From assembly GCA_041671325.1 (NCBI GenBank), contig JBAZBR010000003.1, forward strand, positions 4,506-68,505: a DNA stretch of 64,000 bases. The letters run 5' to 3'. Source of the stretch: Patescibacteria group bacterium. Lineage in GTDB: Bacteria; Patescibacteriota; Patescibacteriia; PEXW01. Both the position numbers and the translations under genes were made by a program. This document shows, piece by piece, positions 58,975 to 64,000 of this stretch. Within the stretch, counting starts at the first letter, position 1, and every line of letters starts with the position of its first letter. The notes beneath the pieces are model-generated. The model was not told the DNA's origin and made no database searches. It saw only the letters and a program-made list of their open reading frames with translations.

Positions 58975-59430
58975 ATGAAACACAAAAACCATAAAGGCTT
59001 TACCCTCCTGGAAATTCTCTTGGTCGTGGCTGCCATTGGCATCTTGGCCGGCATCGTGATTCTGGCTTTGAACCCAAACAAACAGCTGGGCGATACCCGC
59101 AATGCCCAAAGAAGATCAGACGTGACGACGGTTTTAAACGCAGTTTACCAATATTCCATTGATAATAACGGGACTATCCCTGCTGACATAGCTATAACAG
59201 CCAAGGAGATTTGTAATACCGGGATTTCCGCCGCAGATTGTACTTTAGCCGGCCTGGCTTATCTTGGAGACCTGACTTTAAACGAAAAATATCTAACAGC
59301 AATCCCAAAAGATCCTACAACTGCTACCACTAATAGTGCAAAATATACTATTTTAAAAACGGCAAATAACCGTATAACCGTGGCTGCGCCAAGCGCTGAA
59401 CAGAGTGCAACTATTAGTGTTACCCGTTAA
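58975..59430 (+). CDS. type IV major pilin, paralog 1
   Basis: HKGFTLLEILLVVAAIGILAGIVILALNP; conserved C-terminus APSAEQSATISVTR. Confidence 0.8.
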   Translation: MKHKNHKGFTLLEILLVVAAIGILAGIVILALNPNKQLGDTRNAQRRSDVTTVLNAVYQYSIDNNGTIPADIAITAKEICNTGISAADCTLAGLAYLGDLTLNEKYLTAIPKDPTTATTNSAKYTILKTANNRITVAAPSAEQSATISVTR

Positions 59431-59441
59431 CTAAATTATTT

Positions 59442-59900
59442 ATGAATAACAAAAAAGGTTTTACCCTCTTAGAAATCTTACTGGTCGTGGCTGCCATTGG
59501 CATCTTGGCCGGCATCGTGATTCTGGCTTTGAACCCAAACAAACAGCTGGGCGATACCCGCAATGCCCAAAGAAGATCAGACGTGACGACGATTCTAAAT
59601 GGGGTATACCAGTATGCTATAGACAATAATGGCAACCTGCCAACAATTTCTACTAATGCAACTTGCAGCGCTACTGCCGCTTACCAAATCTGCAAAGCCA
59701 CACCCGCTGGTACCTGCGCAACAGGCGTGGATTTGACCGTATTAACTGCCAACCAAAAATATTTATCAGCCATGCCAGTTGACCCGACAGTTTCATCGGC
59801 GGACGGTACTGGGTATTATATCGTGAAAAGTACCAACGGCCGAATTACAGTGTGTGCGCCCAGCGCCGAACAGAGCGCCAGTATTAGCGTAACCCGATAA
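59442..59900 (+). CDS. type IV major pilin, paralog 2
   Basis: KKGFTLLEILLVVAAIGILAGIVILALNP; ~110 nt identical to paralog 1 at the 5' end; same C-terminus. Confidence 0.8.
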   Translation: MNNKKGFTLLEILLVVAAIGILAGIVILALNPNKQLGDTRNAQRRSDVTTILNGVYQYAIDNNGNLPTISTNATCSATAAYQICKATPAGTCATGVDLTVLTANQKYLSAMPVDPTVSSADGTGYYIVKSTNGRITVCAPSAEQSASISVTR

Positions 59901-60159
59901 TTTAAATTAAATTTTATAAAAAACCGGAGCCTGAAAAAGCCCTGGTTTTTAGTTGGAAATTCTAATTATCTTCTTGGTTTTATGCTGCCCAGAAACCAGC
60001 TGGATTCTTTTGCATCCTATTTCTTCCTTGACTAGCTTAAATACTTCTTGGTTCGCTTGGTTATGCTTGGCCGAAGTTGAAACCATGACCAAATAACCAT
60101 CCTTAGTTTTTTGGATGGATGATTTTTTTGAATTAGGAATTACCTGCAGTTTGATTAAT

Positions 60160-60933
60160 TTACTTGCAGTATTTGGCATAAGGCCGGAGCTTTGCCAAAA
60201 TTTTAGTTTGGCCAGCGTAAAGGTCGGAATTTTCATTAATCCAAGTTTTTCCAAATTGGTCTAAAACAGCCCCACCGGCTTCTTTTACAATAATTATGCC
60301 AGCGGCCACATCCCAGATATTCACTGGGTTGGCGATGATTACGGCGTCTAACCGGCCAGCTGCTAAATAAGCCATGTCCAATGCCGTGGAGCCAGAATGC
60401 CTAACTGCCCTAACTTGGGAGCTTAATTTTTCAGCCAGGACCAAAGAGGCGTGCAAAGATTTTGCTGAGTGGCTATAACCATAACCGATTATAGTTTGGT
60501 TTAAAGGTTTGGCTGAATTTAATTTTAAAGCCTTGCCGTTTTTTTCTGCTCCATGCCCGCGAGCTGCAATAAATTTTTCACCAGTAGCCGGGCAAGTAAT
60601 GATGCCAAACAGGATGTCGTTACCATCAGCTAAGGCAATGGAAACGCCAAAAAATGGGATGTGCAGGACAAAATTAGTGGTGCCGTCCAGAGGATCAATT
60701 ATCCAATGGAGTCTGGATGGTCGATTGTGGCCTTCTTCGGAAATCACGCCAATTCCAGGAAAATGTTTTTTTAGGATTTTTTGGATTAATAAATTACAGG
60801 CCCGATCAGTGGAAGTTACCAATTCATGGGCCGATTTGGCCTGGTAATCCTGCTTATGGAGCTTATGGAAGTTTTTTAATAACAGCTGGTTGGCCGCGTT
60901 AGCCGCCTGCAAAGCCGCTTTGATTGGTTGCAT
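60160..60933 (-). CDS. inositol monophosphatase family protein
   Basis: WIIDPLDGTTNFV and downstream GHGAEKNG motifs. Confidence 0.8.
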   Translation of the reverse strand: MQPIKAALQAANAANQLLLKNFHKLHKQDYQAKSAHELVTSTDRACNLLIQKILKKHFPGIGVISEEGHNRPSRLHWIIDPLDGTTNFVLHIPFFGVSIALADGNDILFGIITCPATGEKFIAARGHGAEKNGKALKLNSAKPLNQTIIGYGYSHSAKSLHASLVLAEKLSSQVRAVRHSGSTALDMAYLAAGRLDAVIIANPVNIWDVAAGIIIVKEAGGAVLDQFGKTWINENSDLYAGQTKILAKLRPYAKYCK

Positions 60934-60936
60934 AGA

Positions 60937-61584
60937 TTATTTTCCTTTAAGCCAATAATAGCAGTTAGCCAGGTATTCCCTCAAGACGACTTTAGTTGAG
61001 AGCAATCTTCGAGAAAAAGTTTTTTGGTTGATTAGGCTTCGGTCAGCAGCGCGGCAAATGATATTTCCGCCTAGTTCCCTGAAGAATTTACATGCCCGGT
61101 AAGTGTGGAAATCAGAAGTTAATATGATAATTTTAGTCCAACCCTGGTCTTGAGCGATGGTTAAAGTTTGTTGGGCATTTTCCCAAGTATTTTCTGCTTG
61201 GGCTTCTTGGATAATTGCTTGGGCTGGTACGCCGTTTTGCTGAAGTAATTCAGCCATAGTAGGCGCCTCAGCAAAAGGATTTCTGCCGACCCTGCCCCCA
61301 GTAACCACGATTTTAGGCGCTAAGTGTTCATTGAAAATTTGGGCTCCACTCAAAACCCTTTCTCTGGTTTTAAAAGACATTTCGCCGGTTTTGGCATCTA
61401 CGCCACCGCCCAGGACTACAATGGCATCAGCTTTTTGCAAGGGATCCTGGACAAGCCAGACTTTAGAAAGTCCAGCATTAAAATCAGTAAAACCGGCTAA
61501 TAAGAAAAAAGCCACCAATACCCCAAGCAAAGTAGCAAAATAATATTTCAGTTGAATAGTTTTCTTGGGCTTAACTGGTTCCAT
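60937..61584 (-). CDS. DUF218 (YdcF/SanA/ElyC-like) protein with N-terminal TM
   Basis: ADAIVVLGGGV ... IVVTGGRV. Confidence 0.65.
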   Translation of the reverse strand: MEPVKPKKTIQLKYYFATLLGVLVAFFLLAGFTDFNAGLSKVWLVQDPLQKADAIVVLGGGVDAKTGEMSFKTRERVLSGAQIFNEHLAPKIVVTGGRVGRNPFAEAPTMAELLQQNGVPAQAIIQEAQAENTWENAQQTLTIAQDQGWTKIIILTSDFHTYRACKFFRELGGNIICRAADRSLINQKTFSRRLLSTKVVLREYLANCYYWLKGK

Positions 61585-61585
61585 T

Positions 61586-62461
61586 TTATTTATCCCGAAA
61601 TTTTTTTAACAGCCTGATGTCATCAAGGTGCTTGCGGTCATGCGGAGTTTCCACAATCAGGTCAATATTTTTTAATTTTGGATGTTTAACCAATTCCCTG
61701 AAGCTCGCCAGGCCAATTTCCCCATCGCCCAGGTGTGCATGCCGGTCTTTGTGTTCACCAAGTTTAGCCTGGCTGTCGTTGGCATGAATCAGTTTCAAAA
61801 AATTAAGCCCGATTTTCTTATCGAACTCTTTTAGTAAGTTATCCAGGCTTTTTTTATTCCGTAAATCATAACCCGTGGCAAAAGCATGGCAAGTGTCAAA
61901 GCAAATGCCCAGGCGGGAGCTTTGGGCTTTGAGCTTTGGGCTGGAAGTCAGCTCTTTTATAAGATAAGCTAGTTCTTCCAAGGTGTCGCCAATAGTTTTG
62001 CCTGCCCCAGCCGAGTTTTCGATTAAAAACAAGCTTGAACCTTTGTAGCCAGTCAATATTTTTTTTAAACCCTGGGCAACGGTTTTCAAGGCGATTTTTT
62101 CTGGTTGTTCTTTGGCTGAACCCAAATGCGTCATAATGGCTGTTACGCCCAGAAGCGTTGCCCTTTCCAATTCTTCCCTGACAATGGAAATTGAACCGTA
62201 TTTAATCCGGTTATTCTCTGAAGCGAAATTTATGAAATACGGAGTGTGGATGTAAGTTCTGGGGAATTTGAATTTTTTATTTGTGTTTTTAAACTCGTTG
62301 ACAATTGTTTTAGTCAATTTTGGAGCTGGACCGCCTTGGGGCGGACGTGAAAAAAATTGGTAGGTCTCGCAACCCAAGTCGTGCGCATTTTTAGGACAGT
62401 TTTGAACTCCGCCGGCGGCAGAGACATGGAGGCCGAATAGCATATTTAAATGGTAACACAT
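61586..62461 (-). CDS. nfo: endonuclease IV (AP endonuclease family 2)
   Basis: LFGLHVSAAGG N-term, His/Asp/Glu metal ligands in TIM-barrel pattern (THLGS ... IENSAGAG ... CFDTCHAFA). Confidence 0.85.
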   Translation of the reverse strand: MCYHLNMLFGLHVSAAGGVQNCPKNAHDLGCETYQFFSRPPQGGPAPKLTKTIVNEFKNTNKKFKFPRTYIHTPYFINFASENNRIKYGSISIVREELERATLLGVTAIMTHLGSAKEQPEKIALKTVAQGLKKILTGYKGSSLFLIENSAGAGKTIGDTLEELAYLIKELTSSPKLKAQSSRLGICFDTCHAFATGYDLRNKKSLDNLLKEFDKKIGLNFLKLIHANDSQAKLGEHKDRHAHLGDGEIGLASFRELVKHPKLKNIDLIVETPHDRKHLDDIRLLKKFRDK

Positions 62462-62545
62462 TTAGATTGCTTGCCTAAAGACTAGAATTAAGAAGAGCCA
62501 CTCTTATGAGGAGTGGCTTTCAAGAAACTGATTGATAGCCCACGA

Positions 62546-62959
62546 TTATTGTTGATTAATCGCGGCTTGGAACATTTTTGTGGCAACGGCGTGGGCAAAG
62601 GTCACCGCCCTCTTATCGTCAAACTGGTCCCGCTCAAAATTAGAAAGTGAAATCGATTCAACGCCAGTAAATTGATTGGAGCGGGCAAAAACCGCAAGCC
62701 CATGCAAGCCTGTGCCTGCAAAACCTGGTGAATTTACCCATTCTGCCGAAAGGAATAGGGTGTCTACTCCTTCGCCGAATTTGACGTGGCGTTCGGTCCA
62801 GACCTGAATTACTTCCTGGCGTACAATGCCGCTGTTTTCACCAGTAACCACGACCTCGGCGAACTTCAGGTTTTTTGAATGGCCAAAGCAAGTAGGATAA
62901 ATTAAAACCACCGCAGCAATAAGAAGTATCCCCACACTTATGCCAAGGAAAATTCGCAT
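62546..62959 (-). CDS. hypothetical secreted protein
   Basis: N-terminal signal-like hydrophobic segment. Confidence 0.4.
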   Translation of the reverse strand: MRIFLGISVGILLIAAVVLIYPTCFGHSKNLKFAEVVVTGENSGIVRQEVIQVWTERHVKFGEGVDTLFLSAEWVNSPGFAGTGLHGLAVFARSNQFTGVESISLSNFERDQFDDKRAVTFAHAVATKMFQAAINQQ

Positions 62960-63130
62960 AAAACCTCCAATACATTGTTTGTATACAGAACTAATTTAAT
63001 AAGCAAAAGTATCAAGGATTTGGTTTTTTGTCAAACCTTGTTTGTTATATGGTTATGCAATTTTTGAGGATTGACAAAATTAATAAATTAGCGTATCTTA
63101 TATTGTTAAAATCAAAAAGGAGGGAAATCG

Positions 63131-63270
63131 TGAAACAAAAAGAAAGAATCAAAAGAGTCAAGAGACGGATTCCTTTGCCGAGAAAAACCGGTGGCGCTCA
63201 TAAGAAGAAAAAGGGTCGCGCATCGTATAACCGGAAAAGGGACAAACAAATTGTTATTTTGGATGATTAA
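63131..63270 (+). CDS. very basic 46-aa peptide (GTG start) followed by terminator-like hairpin
   Basis: RBS AAAGGAGGG 6 nt before GTG; KRVKRRIPLPRKTGGAHKKKKGRASYNRKRD; AGCCC ... GGGCT plus TTTTATT at 63272-63300. Confidence 0.3.
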
Positions 63271-63379
63271 AGCCCAGGATCAAACACCCGGGCTTTTATT
63301 ATTGGCAAAAATTTGTAAATCCGCTAAGTTCAAATCCAAAACAGAAAATAAACCGTTAATTTACAATAAGGAGAAGTTT

Positions 63380-64000
63380 GTGGTTAGACACACCGAAATT
63401 GAGAGGCGTTTTGTCCTGCTAAACCCAAACCTTGGGTATATCAAGCGCAATAGCATTGGCAGCCGAATTTGCCAAGGCTATTTTCCAACCCCGGCGCATA
63501 ACACTGTCAGGATCAGGCAAGTTGATTGGTTTAATTATTCCGTCGCTAGTAAAAAGGGCATAGGCCGATCCAGGCTTGAAACAGAATTTACGCTGACTGA
63601 TTTTTTTCAAGGTAAGACCCTGTTAGACGCCTATCAGTACCATCTGAAAAAAAGAAGGTACCGAGTCGGGATATTTGAGGTCGATATTTATAAAGGCTCC
63701 TTGGCTGGTCTAATTATCCTGGAAAGGGAAATGCATGCAGTAGATGAAGAGTTTGAATTACCAGAATGGGCCGGACCCGAAAGCGCAATTGAAATTACGG
63801 AAAAAATCAGCGGTTATGATTTGGCAAAGCTGGCCAGCCTACTCTCTGGGATCAAAGACCATCCGCCAGTGGCTGAATTAGTGACGGAACAACTGCCAAT
63901 TACTGTCATAACGGGCGGTCCAGGCTCAGGCAAAACCGGGATCTTGGATATCTTGCAGAAGGAAATGGCTGACATCTACCACTTTATTCCTGAGGCCGCG
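63380..64000 (+). CDS. CYTH-domain plus P-loop NTPase protein (5' partial, runs off the window; GTG start)
   Basis: RHTEIERRFVL (CYTH ExExK) at the N-term; ITVITGGPGSGKTGILDIL Walker A; RBS AAGGAGAAG. Confidence 0.5.
   Translation, partial: MVRHTEIERRFVLLNPNLGYIKRNSIGSRICQGYFPTPAHNTVRIRQVDWFNYSVASKKGIGRSRLETEFTLTDFFQGKTLLDAYQYHLKKRRYRVGIFEVDIYKGSLAGLIILEREMHAVDEEFELPEWAGPESAIEITEKISGYDLAKLASLLSGIKDHPPVAELVTEQLPITVITGGPGSGKTGILDILQKEMADIYHFIPEAA

Noticed and set aside
59949-60254. ORF of 101 aa on the minus strand
   Set aside because: It overlaps the C-terminal part of the well-supported IMPase gene (60160-60933) in another frame and is likely spurious.

Overview
AT-rich window from a small-genome bacterium with GC-richer islands. 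Several traits resemble Patescibacteria/CPR-type genomes, but this is inference only: a standalone 16S with a variant 515 site and expanded V1, no 23S/5S in the window, no rimM in the rpsP-trmD operon, a type IV pilus locus with many pilin paralogs, and minimal-looking housekeeping genes. Contents in order: STAS anti-sigma antagonist; an SMC-like ATPase without a recognisable hinge; rpsP and a KH-domain gene separated from trmD by a ~2 kb GC-rich insertion bounded by copies of a structured repeat (a third copy sits at 25.6 kb); an MFS transporter; a standalone 16S rRNA with its own terminator; a tRNA Ile-Val-Phe-Pro cluster carrying truncated tRNA-Ile 5'-half repeats and recurring hairpins; an IS1595-family transposase with no ATG start; a CaCA antiporter; two paralogous membrane proteins; a PspC module; assorted hydrolases and methyltransferases; transketolase. 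The 28.7-45.8 kb region is the most interesting part. It is a single-strand supercluster devoted to NAD(P) salvage and NAD/ADP-ribose-type metabolite processing: NADAR, an NrtR-like regulator flanked by two GTGTA-N5-TACAC palindromes, a PP2C / atypical kinase / large isochorismatase-like fusion / vWA operon, PncA, a LOG-like protein, a NadD-NadK fusion, Nudix, PncB, a histidine phosphatase, an NDT-like protein, GNAT and NadE. Two sets of duplicated leader/promoter motifs occur inside it. Downstream are nucleotide-sanitation genes (RdgB, MazG-like, Atl-like MGMT, HAD), a TrmB regulator, tRNA-Gly next to a GC-rich structured segment, a type IV pilus locus (PilB, PilC, four minor pilin-like genes and two tandem major pilins sharing a >100-nt identical 5' block), IMPase, a DUF218 protein, endonuclease IV and a partial CYTH plus P-loop protein. 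No CRISPR array and no 23S/5S were found.
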